The translations under genes were made by a program, and so were the position numbers. A model generated the notes under the pieces. That model saw nothing but the letters and a program-made list of their open reading frames with translations, did not search any database and was not told the DNA's origin. A stretch of 54,031 nucleotides of DNA from Trichomonas gallinae (lineage: Eukaryota): contig MRSU01010600.1 of assembly GCA_008369845.1 (NCBI GenBank), positions 1 through 54,031 of the forward strand, read 5' to 3'. Positions 11,018-20,632 of the stretch are shown piece after piece; the first letter of the stretch is position 1; the number at the start of each line of letters is the position of its first letter.

Positions 11018-11154
11018 AACATACACAAACTCCAAAAAGTGACAAAATTGGCGCGTTTACTAAAATAATCGTTTTCCCCACAATATTCCTACCATAATAA
11101 ATATATCAGACCCTCATTTTAATTAAACCTTATTTTGTTAGCGGAGAATTGTTG

Positions 11155-11515
11155 AGCGACAAACCAATGTAAATATTTGGAATGAATAACTGTGATTAAT
11201 ATAAATGATACAAAAGAACAAATCCTCTAAGTGGGTAATGCTTTCACCTAACTAATTTTTTAAAATAACAAACAATTGAAACAAGATATATGACTATGTC
11301 AAGAAATCCAAATTGAGATACACAAAGAATTGCAGACTTTCTCAAATCCAATAGAAATGATATCTATATTTCCTATATGTGTTGCTGTTATTATTAGAAA
11401 TGTTTAGCGACAAACTAATATATCTATATTTGGAATGTAGAACTGTAATTAATATATCAATTAGAGAAAAGTATTCCCTCTAAGTGAGTAGTGCTTTCAC
11501 ATAATTATAATTTTT
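11155..11515. repeat. Degenerate intergenic direct repeat (about 105-bp core, about 250-bp period)
   Basis: AGCGACAAAC..ATATTTGGAATG..AACTGT.ATTAATATA..CCTCTAAGTG.GTA.TGCTTTCAC at about 11155-11260 and 11406-11515. Confidence 0.85.
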
Positions 11516-11904
11516 TTGACATCACCGTCAATAGAAATCATGAATCATAATATAAGGTTATCTTGACATTAAGCAGAAAAATTAATAACAAAGCTGACTT
11601 ATGTAATGATTTATAGATTTGAATAAATTTAAAAATACATGTAATATCATGCAATACATATAATTACATATTCATTATCTCATATATATTAAAGTCCTAA
11701 TGAGATGGATTCATCTGGCTGAGCTATTTTCGCTGATACAATGATATTATAATAATATGACATTTTACTTGGCAATATTTTATTTTTAAATTATTTACTT
11801 TGCAAAACAATCAAAATTGATAACTTTATTTGTCAGAATTTTCTTGGAAATCTGACAAATAAAATTGATTTTTTGTATGATTTTTGACATGTAAATTAAA
11901 TACA

Positions 11905-13440
11905 ATGATGAATATTAGAGCAGATGATGCTATTGATGAAAACCAGTCTTTGGTTAAGTCAAAAGCATCATCTTCTCGCAACCCGCAGGATTACATTGCT
12001 AGATCTTTACTGCCGTTTACTTTGATGTTGGGTGTATTAATTCTTGCGCAATTCACAGATAAACTACTGCCACAATCACTAGAAATCAGCAATATTATAC
12101 CCCAAAGCGGAAATTTATCGAAAATTTTCGTTATTAAAATCTCTGAAATTCCCAAAACTTTCCAATATTTCGAATCTAAGTTATATTTCACAAGTCAAAG
12201 TCCACCATCAAAGCCTTTCAATGTCAAAATACTATATAACAATACAATAACTCGTAAAAACGAAAATATCACAAAACAAATCACGCTTTTGCGTCCAAAT
12301 GCATTCTCCACTGTAGTATTTTCACGTAGTTATACTCTTTCGAATTTGAAAAACGACATAATATACAAAATTCAAAACATTCCGGAAGAAGTTACGGGAT
12401 ACAACTTTCAAATACGCGGAATTTCTCTATACACATATTATTTTTCGATCATACATACGGCTTTTGTTATCATTGCTTTAATAATTTTAGGATTCATCAC
12501 GATAAAATCTATTTTACGCAAAAACATTAATTCATGCGATATTATTAATCCATGCTTTTATGTATCATGTATAGCATACATTTTCCCATATGATTGGTTC
12601 AATATTCCATATATTTTTATAATCAAGGCATTTTTTACTTCATTTTATCCAGGATTATTTGCATTTTTGTCATTTAAGATACTTGAAGATGCAGGTCCAC
12701 TTGTTCCACTTCCTGTTATATTCAAAGAATGGACAACACACAAATTATCAATTTTTATTTCCGTTACATGGTTTTTAAACGGAATTTTCATAGAAAAAGT
12801 ATATAGTTATGTATTTTATGCGGTATTTATTATTGTATATTTAATATATTCGTATTATATTCATGCATTATATAAAATAATGCAATGTCAACAGAGAAGA
12901 ATAGAAGAAAGCTATGCATTATGGCTTAGATTGTTATTTCTTGTTATATCTTTACTTTTCTTTTCAAGGAAAGTTTTTTATTTTATAATAATACCATTTC
13001 AGATTGCAAAAACGATAGAAATGATGTCTATCTGGGTTACAATAGGAACAGTTGTTGCCTCTATTAATATTTTAACGATCAGCACGAATAACACATTTAT
13101 TAATATTTCTTATTCCAAAGATGACAGCAAATACCTTGATTCTCTCTTCGGCAGCCCAGATAACAGCTCACAGAAGTATTCCAAAGGACAAGAGTCGAAT
13201 ACACAAGAAGATTTATCCACAGCAAAAATCGTTGACGGAATCTTCAGCAAAGAGTATCCAGAGGAGAGCTTTGGAGGCCAGCAGTACATGCAAAACAATC
13301 AGGTCTACAACAACTACCTAGGAATGCAGTATGACTACGACTACCAGAACCAGAATAACTACGGGCCTCCAATGTACGAGCAAGAATACTACAAAGATAA
13401 TAATATACAGAACCAAATGTACTTGCAATCATTGTATTGA
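11905..13440 (+). CDS. Multi-pass membrane protein (N-terminal TM, lumenal domain, about 7 TM, Y/Q/N-rich tail), about 511 aa
   Basis: Hydrophobic LLPFTLMLGVLILA, about 130-aa hydrophilic domain, then about 7 hydrophobic segments. First in-frame ATG at 11905. Confidence 0.85.
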   Translation: MMNIRADDAIDENQSLVKSKASSSRNPQDYIARSLLPFTLMLGVLILAQFTDKLLPQSLEISNIIPQSGNLSKIFVIKISEIPKTFQYFESKLYFTSQSPPSKPFNVKILYNNTITRKNENITKQITLLRPNAFSTVVFSRSYTLSNLKNDIIYKIQNIPEEVTGYNFQIRGISLYTYYFSIIHTAFVIIALIILGFITIKSILRKNINSCDIINPCFYVSCIAYIFPYDWFNIPYIFIIKAFFTSFYPGLFAFLSFKILEDAGPLVPLPVIFKEWTTHKLSIFISVTWFLNGIFIEKVYSYVFYAVFIIVYLIYSYYIHALYKIMQCQQRRIEESYALWLRLLFLVISLLFFSRKVFYFIIIPFQIAKTIEMMSIWVTIGTVVASINILTISTNNTFINISYSKDDSKYLDSLFGSPDNSSQKYSKGQESNTQEDLSTAKIVDGIFSKEYPEESFGGQQYMQNNQVYNNYLGMQYDYDYQNQNNYGPPMYEQEYYKDNNIQNQMYLQSLY

Positions 13441-13885
13441 ATAAATTGTTTTGTTTTTATGAACTATGTTTCTTTAGAAATCATCATATCATTCATTTCA
13501 ACAAAGTAGTATTATTAGATGAATTATAAGATCACCTGATTGTAATGATTGTTATGTCTCTCATCGTCAAACTTAAACTTTATCATAAAATGCTGCATAA
13601 TGTAATGCAGTTTGACCTTATGAGATTTCCAGTCGAGAAAGTTATATGTAAAATCAAAGAAATTGTTAAATTCAATATATATAATGAGCTAATGTCAATG
13701 TCAATTGGATAATGAATGAATGAAAATTCAGTTATTCGACTTTAAATCGAATAATGTTCCTTATTTTGGATTAAATTTTTCATGTTTAAAGGAGCGAAAT
13801 AGAAAGAATAAAATTACTAATCAAATACTATTTAACAAATATACAAAAAATAGATTAGAAATAATAAATCTAATCAAATAATATA

Positions 13886-16800
13886 TTAATAAGGCATGAC
13901 ATAAGTCCCAATCAGTGGCATCTCCAGCTTCTTACCTTGTTGTAAGAGTGGCGACATCGGTGGCTTGGCAGTAGGAGTGATTGCGGAAATCTTTAGCTTC
14001 TGTTCGAAGTCAGTGAGCATTGAAACTCCGTGCGATGCAGGATTATGCTCGTCAACGAGCTGGAATCCGCGCTGGCAAATTGGACACCACAGACTCTTAG
14101 CACAATCAGTGTGGAAAACATGTCCGCATCTTGCTGCGAAAGCACTGCACACAGACAACTTCTTTCCGCAAACAGCGCATCTCTCTGCATCATATTCATG
14201 TCCTTTCTGCAAAGCTCTCACGTGCTTCAATTGGGCAGCAACAGCTTCATCTTTTACGATGTGTGAGAATGTTCTAGTGAACTCCGTGCGCTCCCTCATT
14301 GCCTTGAACACTCTCGACACCAATGCGCGAGCATCTTTGAAAGGAAGGAAACTGAAAAGAGAAGTCAACTGTGTAGTAACAAATGTTGGCTCAGCGACTA
14401 ATGTCATTTTCTGTATGAAATCGCCGAGCAGGCCAATGACCTGCTGGCGTTTTTGTGAGTCATCTGGATGAGAATAAAGAGGCAGCTGAAAAACAGCAAG
14501 AACACGTGCCCAAATATCTTGAAAATCAGGCGACTGAATGGAAGAAAGATACTGGCAAACCTCAGAGACAACATCAGGGTCTGGGTTTTCCATCAAAGTC
14601 TGCAATAAATATTCCGATGCGAAATCCGTGCCTCTTTCCGTCTCCTGCGTTATTAGACATAAATACAACGTGGCGTCGAGAATTCCACGCTCAATGCAAG
14701 CGTTCAAGACTTTATCCGGCGGACAACTCTTCATGCATTTTAAGGCAGATAATAACTTCTTTGGTTGATATTTTGCGAGCTGCAATGCATACATCTCGCT
14801 CATCTGCTCGTCGGCGCACTCGAAGAACTCTTTGTTCTTGAATATTCTCGAGAGAAAGTGCCATGAAAATCCATTATTATCTTTGATGATTTTGTAAATT
14901 TGTAAAGCGAGGTCTTTGCCACCTGTTTCCCATGTTAAGTCTGCAAACTCATCTGGATTGATTGGAAGAAGAGTCCTGCAGTGCTTTAATAGGATCTTTT
15001 CTATTGCTTCTTTATCATTGTTTGTCACTTTCTTGAGTTGGTCAGAAAATTTTGTCAGTTGGTGAGTTATGATAAAAGTTAAGAATTCGTCCGGATCGTG
15101 CAGCATCTCGATTATGCTGAGCTCGCAGTCTGAGAAGCCCACGGACCTGCACATGAGCATGTACTTGTGGAGGTCTTTTATCTGGCCAGTCTTGAGAATA
15201 GTTTCAAGCATTTCACGACGAATTACAATATCACTTTTCGATGGAAGGAAAATGAATCTGTTTACAGCGTTTAGAGACTCTTCGTCCATTTTTATGTTGT
15301 TTTGGAGGATCTGCGGTATCAGGATTCCCCAGAAAGTCGAGCTGGGACTGAGAGCTGGAATTATGTGATTAATTAAAGCTTGAAGTGAAAATCCTAAATG
15401 TGGAGATATATCTAATGCTACTTGGAATACTGCTATTGCATCTGACTCATTATATTGAACAAATCCTGATAAATCGACACTTGAAAGGAATTTCAGACAA
15501 TCATGCTTCATTTTTGAAGAAATATGTTGTGAATTCTGTGGCATCAATACTGATATAATCAGTTCGTGCTCAGCAGCATAATTTTTGTTGTATTCGTAAA
15601 CTAAAAGTGCCATGTGAATGTCTGCGCAGTATTCTAAGGCTAGTTGTGATATCAAATCAATTAATCCGCGCTCAAAACAGAGATTAAATATGGATTGGAG
15701 CCATTCGATATTTAATTCAATTGATTTTAAAAATTTTATGAGTTTTTCGTTATCTGTTGTGATTTTTGCTGCCTCTAAAATGAATTCTAGTGATAATTTC
15801 CAGTTTGTTATGCCTGAATCAATGAAAGCAGAAAATATTTCCTCTTTTTTCTCTGTAAATAGCATTTGCACTACGAAATCTGTCATACTCATTCTCTCTA
15901 CGAACTTGAAAAGCTCCATAGGTTGTAATGAATCAGAATTAACATATTTTCTTAATAAACCTTGTAAATCATCAATATCGTCTGGCTCACATATCTGTGC
16001 TAACGCCATGGACCAGTTATTTTCTTGTATGTACTTTTCAACGCGCTGACTTATACTTGCAATTGATAATTGAATTAATTCGGATCCAGCGACATAAATT
16101 TTATCTTTAAATGCAAGAGAAGGACCTTTTGGCACGTGCCTCCTGAACCTTCTTTCGCCTACAGCCATTTCACAATTTCCAGCAAATAAAACTAAAACGC
16201 TATTCTCACTTAGCATCGATATTACGTTCGGTGTCTGTGAGAAATCGACAACTCTTTGTGTTTTTCCGTCTTGTTTCGTAATTATAACGGAATGTCCAAC
16301 ACCTCTCGCGATTAGCTTCGTTTCTGCAGTTTCGAAGAATGCGAAACATGATGTACACGTGTGGTCCTGCCAAAGACTTCGAAAGTCAGGCGAAATTGAG
16401 TAAGCAAGTGTATGAGTTGATGTTGAAACGTATAACGAGTTTTCATGATATGCGAGTGCTGTCAAAGGCTGCCCGAAGTTGTAAAGAATTTGTGTGGTTA
16501 CACTTTTCTTGAAAATATTCTGTGAAACTGTTGTTCTCGATAAATTACCCATTGCATCTGAGTGAAAGATCGAAAATGCTGATCCAAATGCGATGAACGA
16601 TATCGGCTCTTGCGTATTTGCTGATATTAAAGTGGTTTTACTCTGCAGAGACCATACAGCGACTTCGCCATCTGAGTGTCCAGTGGCTATGTGAGTCCGA
16701 TCAGGGCTGACATCAGCACACAAGACGACATTCTCCTCGCCTACGAACTGGCGCTCGAGTTTTATTGTTAATTTAGATTCGAAATTGAATGTTATGATTT

Positions 16801-16942
16801 CTTTTGTCGAAACAACAATGGCAAGGAGAGGATAGTTGAATGCTATCGCCATTGGTTGCTGATCAGGCATCGGAAACTCTTTGATTTTCGTAATAACAAT
16901 AAAGTTTGTTTCTTCTGCCTCCGTCATAAAAAATGCTGACAT
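13886..16942 (-). CDS. Vps8/Vps41-like CORVET/HOPS tethering subunit, 1018 aa
   Basis: N-terminal WD40 (CADVSPDRTHIATGHSDGEVAVWSL), long helical solenoid, C-terminal RING-H2 (CAVC..CGHVFHTDC..CPIC). Confidence 0.8.
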   Translation of the reverse strand: MSAFFMTEAEETNFIVITKIKEFPMPDQQPMAIAFNYPLLAIVVSTKEIITFNFESKLTIKLERQFVGEENVVLCADVSPDRTHIATGHSDGEVAVWSLQSKTTLISANTQEPISFIAFGSAFSIFHSDAMGNLSRTTVSQNIFKKSVTTQILYNFGQPLTALAYHENSLYVSTSTHTLAYSISPDFRSLWQDHTCTSCFAFFETAETKLIARGVGHSVIITKQDGKTQRVVDFSQTPNVISMLSENSVLVLFAGNCEMAVGERRFRRHVPKGPSLAFKDKIYVAGSELIQLSIASISQRVEKYIQENNWSMALAQICEPDDIDDLQGLLRKYVNSDSLQPMELFKFVERMSMTDFVVQMLFTEKKEEIFSAFIDSGITNWKLSLEFILEAAKITTDNEKLIKFLKSIELNIEWLQSIFNLCFERGLIDLISQLALEYCADIHMALLVYEYNKNYAAEHELIISVLMPQNSQHISSKMKHDCLKFLSSVDLSGFVQYNESDAIAVFQVALDISPHLGFSLQALINHIIPALSPSSTFWGILIPQILQNNIKMDEESLNAVNRFIFLPSKSDIVIRREMLETILKTGQIKDLHKYMLMCRSVGFSDCELSIIEMLHDPDEFLTFIITHQLTKFSDQLKKVTNNDKEAIEKILLKHCRTLLPINPDEFADLTWETGGKDLALQIYKIIKDNNGFSWHFLSRIFKNKEFFECADEQMSEMYALQLAKYQPKKLLSALKCMKSCPPDKVLNACIERGILDATLYLCLITQETERGTDFASEYLLQTLMENPDPDVVSEVCQYLSSIQSPDFQDIWARVLAVFQLPLYSHPDDSQKRQQVIGLLGDFIQKMTLVAEPTFVTTQLTSLFSFLPFKDARALVSRVFKAMRERTEFTRTFSHIVKDEAVAAQLKHVRALQKGHEYDAERCAVCGKKLSVCSAFAARCGHVFHTDCAKSLWCPICQRGFQLVDEHNPASHGVSMLTDFEQKLKISAITPTAKPPMSPLLQQGKKLEMPLIGTYVMPY

Positions 16943-17243
16943 TTTAGTTTACATGTCAAAAACCAATTCTTATTATAAAGACTTGGAAAGATTAATTTTT
17001 TTCCCTAAACCATTCTGTTGACAAGCTATCTTCTCAAATCAACATTAATCAACTATAATAGGAATAGTGAAGAATTTGTATTTCAATAATGACCTTTTTC
17101 TGAAGCATATATTTATTGCGTCTGACCATATTCACTTTTTATTTTTTAATGAATCATTGTATTTATTTCATATAGTATGTCTAATGAAAACATTGAAACT
17201 CTACACAAATGATATGAAAAAAAAAATCATTTGAGAAGTTTTT

Positions 17244-17546
17244 TCAAAGATAGGTATATTTAGAATTATCAAATGATATATCACATGTCTGTTCCTTACA
17301 ATCAACATTCACAATACTATTCGTTTTGTCTCGATTGTGTTTACTAGTATCTGATAATTTAGATGCAGGACATGGTTGATAAAGGCCTTTTTTAACTGGA
17401 TTCAAACAAAATGTATCATATTGATATGAATTATTAACAAAAACTGCTTTGTAAATTCTATTAATGACAAGAATTGTCGAATCCATGAATAAGTCAACAA
17501 TACCATGATAATAAATGCAAGGTAGATAATTATGCATATTTGACAT
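17244..17546 (-). other. Possible small ORF or gene fragment (100 aa)
   Basis: ATG-initiated 303-nt ORF in AT-rich spacer; no recognisable domain. Confidence 0.2.
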
Positions 17547-17772
17547 TTATCAGGATAACTAGCAGGCAATACAGAATCAAACACTATAATATATATATTA
17601 TAGTATATACCCTATATATCTATAATAGTTATATGATTTCTACTAGTTCATAAACAGAGATATATTAGAAAATAAGGTTCCAAAAACTGAGGAACTCACC
17701 CTTAAAAAAATGAATACATGATTTATAAAACACAAAAAAAAATAACTTTATTTTAATACAAACATATAATTA

Positions 17773-20526
17773 TCAATTTGCGGAATTCTTAATATAGATT
17801 CCCTTGAAGAAAATCTCGTCTTCTTTGTCAACGAAATCGTAAAATCTCGAAGCTCTTGGAACATGATACATATTTTCGTTATCTCTTTTGATGTCAAGAT
17901 CTTTGCGGCTTCCTGACATGTATGTTTCCATGTTCTGCAGCAATGGATCATGTGCACGTGGAGGTGTTGACACTTGTACTTTAATGCTGTTTTGTTCAAC
18001 ATCAGGAAGAATTTTTTCGCTGTATTGTCTATTGATTGGTTCAACTAATTTCTTTAGAATGTAAAGTTCAGTGATGATCTCGTCTTCATATTTGCAGCGT
18101 TGAGCTTGGATCTTAGACTTTGTGACGTTAAGAGGAATCTTCAGTAAATCAGTGAAGAAAGCTCTGCTGTCGCATAGCTTCAAGACTGACCTAGCGATCT
18201 TCAAATACAGTTCAGGACTTGTGATATCTTCATTCAAAATTGACACGAAATGTGTTAAGATTTCGCTGACGTGTTTGGGTATAACAGTGCGTGATCTCAT
18301 TCTCTTGTCAGGAATAACACACTTGTTTGTTGTGAATGAATAAGAGCATAGATAATAAAGAACGTCAACTGATATTAGCGAATTAATGTCAAATTGACTG
18401 TTTTTGACGTGTTTGAGGACAGCTTCGACGATGTCTTTCGTTTTATCAAGGACAACAAGATGATCTTTTATGTCAACATCTGCAATTAAAAATCTCAGAA
18501 GCCCGTTGAGAAGCTTTGTCAAATTTTTATCGTTTGCATTGATGCGAGAAATAAAACTGTTCACAACTTGCTCTAAAATGTTATGTGGACGCTGCAGAAA
18601 TACAAAAGTCGTGAGGCACTCAACGGACTTCCTATGAACAATAGGACTGTCCGAACAAATTAAATCCATAGCAATTTGCCACGGCTGCAAAATATTAGGT
18701 GGAAATTCGTGAATTGTCAAATTCAAATGCGGTTGAATTGTCAGACTTGCGTTTAAATTAGCGATTGTTGTCGACAGCATAACGATGGCTGCATATTGGT
18801 ATTCTTTGAATTCCTCTGATACATGAATGAAAATTATAGGAAATTGTGTCGAAAGATATTTTTCGGTTGCGAGTTGAAGGCAGAATCTGCTCATCTCCAA
18901 AAACATTTGGCTTCTGTAGACATCAAAACCTTTCTTGTTGTTTCTGACGTTGGAGCATGGATCGAACAATGATATCATGTGGTCAAACATCTTCAAAATG
19001 AATCCTACAGACAACAAACTTCCATTTTGTAAAACGTTCTTTTGTATTTTTGCCAACAAACTAATATATGATGCGCAAAGATGTGCGAACGAGTAAGCTT
19101 GACGGAAATCTCTTATACAGACTCCACTTGCTATTATTTTGTCAATTCGTTCCTGCATCTTCTCGAAAAACGGAGAATCGTCGATTATTGATGAAATTTC
19201 GTGGATTTTTAAGTTCAACAAACAATCAACTGATCTTGCAAGATTTGCAATCGATTCGTTGCATGTTAAATCAGGTTCTGATAGATATGATAGGTTTTTA
19301 AGACGCGATTCTAGTTCTTCTTTGTTGAAATTATTCCTGTTTAATTTCGATAATTTATAAGCTTTGTTTAAATCATTAATTTGCTCGATGTAATTTAGTT
19401 CCATGATGTCATCGATAAATATTCCAATAGAAATCTTCGCATCATCGATCATTTCCTGAATTTCGAGATAAGATTTCGAGAAATTCTTGTATTTGCTTAT
19501 ATTCAGCAAAGAAATCGCAGCTGCATGGCGTGTGAGAATGCTTGAAGTAATAAATCCATGCAAAAAGTTCAGGCAATCTTCCTGCTTTTCGAGATCTTTC
19601 AAATCGCTCAAAAACGAGAACGTGATGATTAAAACGGCTGCATTCATGCATATGTGTGATATCAGGCATTTGTCAGGATGCAGGAGGCAGAACTCGAAGG
19701 AGGGATATTTGTTGATATAAGTGAAATTGTCGACAGAGAATCGCATGAGTATATATCGCCAGTCAATGTGCTCCAATGAAGGAGGGTAAATTAAAGCGAG
19801 AATCATGATCGAATAAGGTATGTATGTTTGCAGGGCGAGTTTGTCGCAGTTCTTTGACTGATCAGTGAAATAGAAATTGTTGATTTTTTTGATAATTAAA
19901 GCAAATTCTTTCGTTAAATATGGTAAAATGTATCCACATTCTTCTGTCTTGTATATTTTATATAAAATATGGCATATTTCGATAATAATAGATGATAAAA
20001 ACGTGTGTGCGTTCAGATTTGTTTGCAATTGCTGGATTAAACAACGAATTTGAAATGCCATGAAGTATGTTTGTGTTTTCTGATTTTTGCGGAGTTCATT
20101 GATGAAGACTTTAACGATCTTTTCGTTGAGATTTTCAAAATCGCATCTTAAAAATAACGGAATTATTGTATGTAATACCTTTAACTTATCTGAACTGGTT
20201 GATCTATGAATAATCTCGCATAATGCTCGTATACTATCCTCAAATTGAGATAAATTTAATCCTTTAAATGTAATTAATTCGTCTGGAAGATTTAAAATAT
20301 AATCAAGTTCTTTTTCTGCACATATTGTTGCGATATCCATTGTCTGATTAACTAAAGTTGCAATAGAATCTGATAATGGATATTCAGTATTCTTTAAATC
20401 GATAATATTCAACTTGCTTATATCAAGAAAGTATGGAGATGTGTTAATTGTATCAATCATACTGTTTAATTCCTCTTCTGTAAGGAAATCATTAATTGGT
20501 ATATGAATAATATCTCTCACTAACAT
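17773..20526 (-). CDS. Hypothetical helical-repeat protein, about 917 aa
   Basis: 2.75-kb ORF. First ATG at 20526, preceded by Inr-like TCATTA. L/I-rich helical composition; no motif recognised. Confidence 0.85.
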   Translation of the reverse strand: MLVRDIIHIPINDFLTEEELNSMIDTINTSPYFLDISKLNIIDLKNTEYPLSDSIATLVNQTMDIATICAEKELDYILNLPDELITFKGLNLSQFEDSIRALCEIIHRSTSSDKLKVLHTIIPLFLRCDFENLNEKIVKVFINELRKNQKTQTYFMAFQIRCLIQQLQTNLNAHTFLSSIIIEICHILYKIYKTEECGYILPYLTKEFALIIKKINNFYFTDQSKNCDKLALQTYIPYSIMILALIYPPSLEHIDWRYILMRFSVDNFTYINKYPSFEFCLLHPDKCLISHICMNAAVLIITFSFLSDLKDLEKQEDCLNFLHGFITSSILTRHAAAISLLNISKYKNFSKSYLEIQEMIDDAKISIGIFIDDIMELNYIEQINDLNKAYKLSKLNRNNFNKEELESRLKNLSYLSEPDLTCNESIANLARSVDCLLNLKIHEISSIIDDSPFFEKMQERIDKIIASGVCIRDFRQAYSFAHLCASYISLLAKIQKNVLQNGSLLSVGFILKMFDHMISLFDPCSNVRNNKKGFDVYRSQMFLEMSRFCLQLATEKYLSTQFPIIFIHVSEEFKEYQYAAIVMLSTTIANLNASLTIQPHLNLTIHEFPPNILQPWQIAMDLICSDSPIVHRKSVECLTTFVFLQRPHNILEQVVNSFISRINANDKNLTKLLNGLLRFLIADVDIKDHLVVLDKTKDIVEAVLKHVKNSQFDINSLISVDVLYYLCSYSFTTNKCVIPDKRMRSRTVIPKHVSEILTHFVSILNEDITSPELYLKIARSVLKLCDSRAFFTDLLKIPLNVTKSKIQAQRCKYEDEIITELYILKKLVEPINRQYSEKILPDVEQNSIKVQVSTPPRAHDPLLQNMETYMSGSRKDLDIKRDNENMYHVPRASRFYDFVDKEDEIFFKGIYIKNSAN

Positions 20527-20632
20527 AAAATAATGATTTTTATCAGACAAAAAGGTATAATTTTTAATGAGTTTTTAATAAATAAATAAAAAATGATTTT
20601 GGTAGAATTTAATTCTAACAATAAAAAAAACT

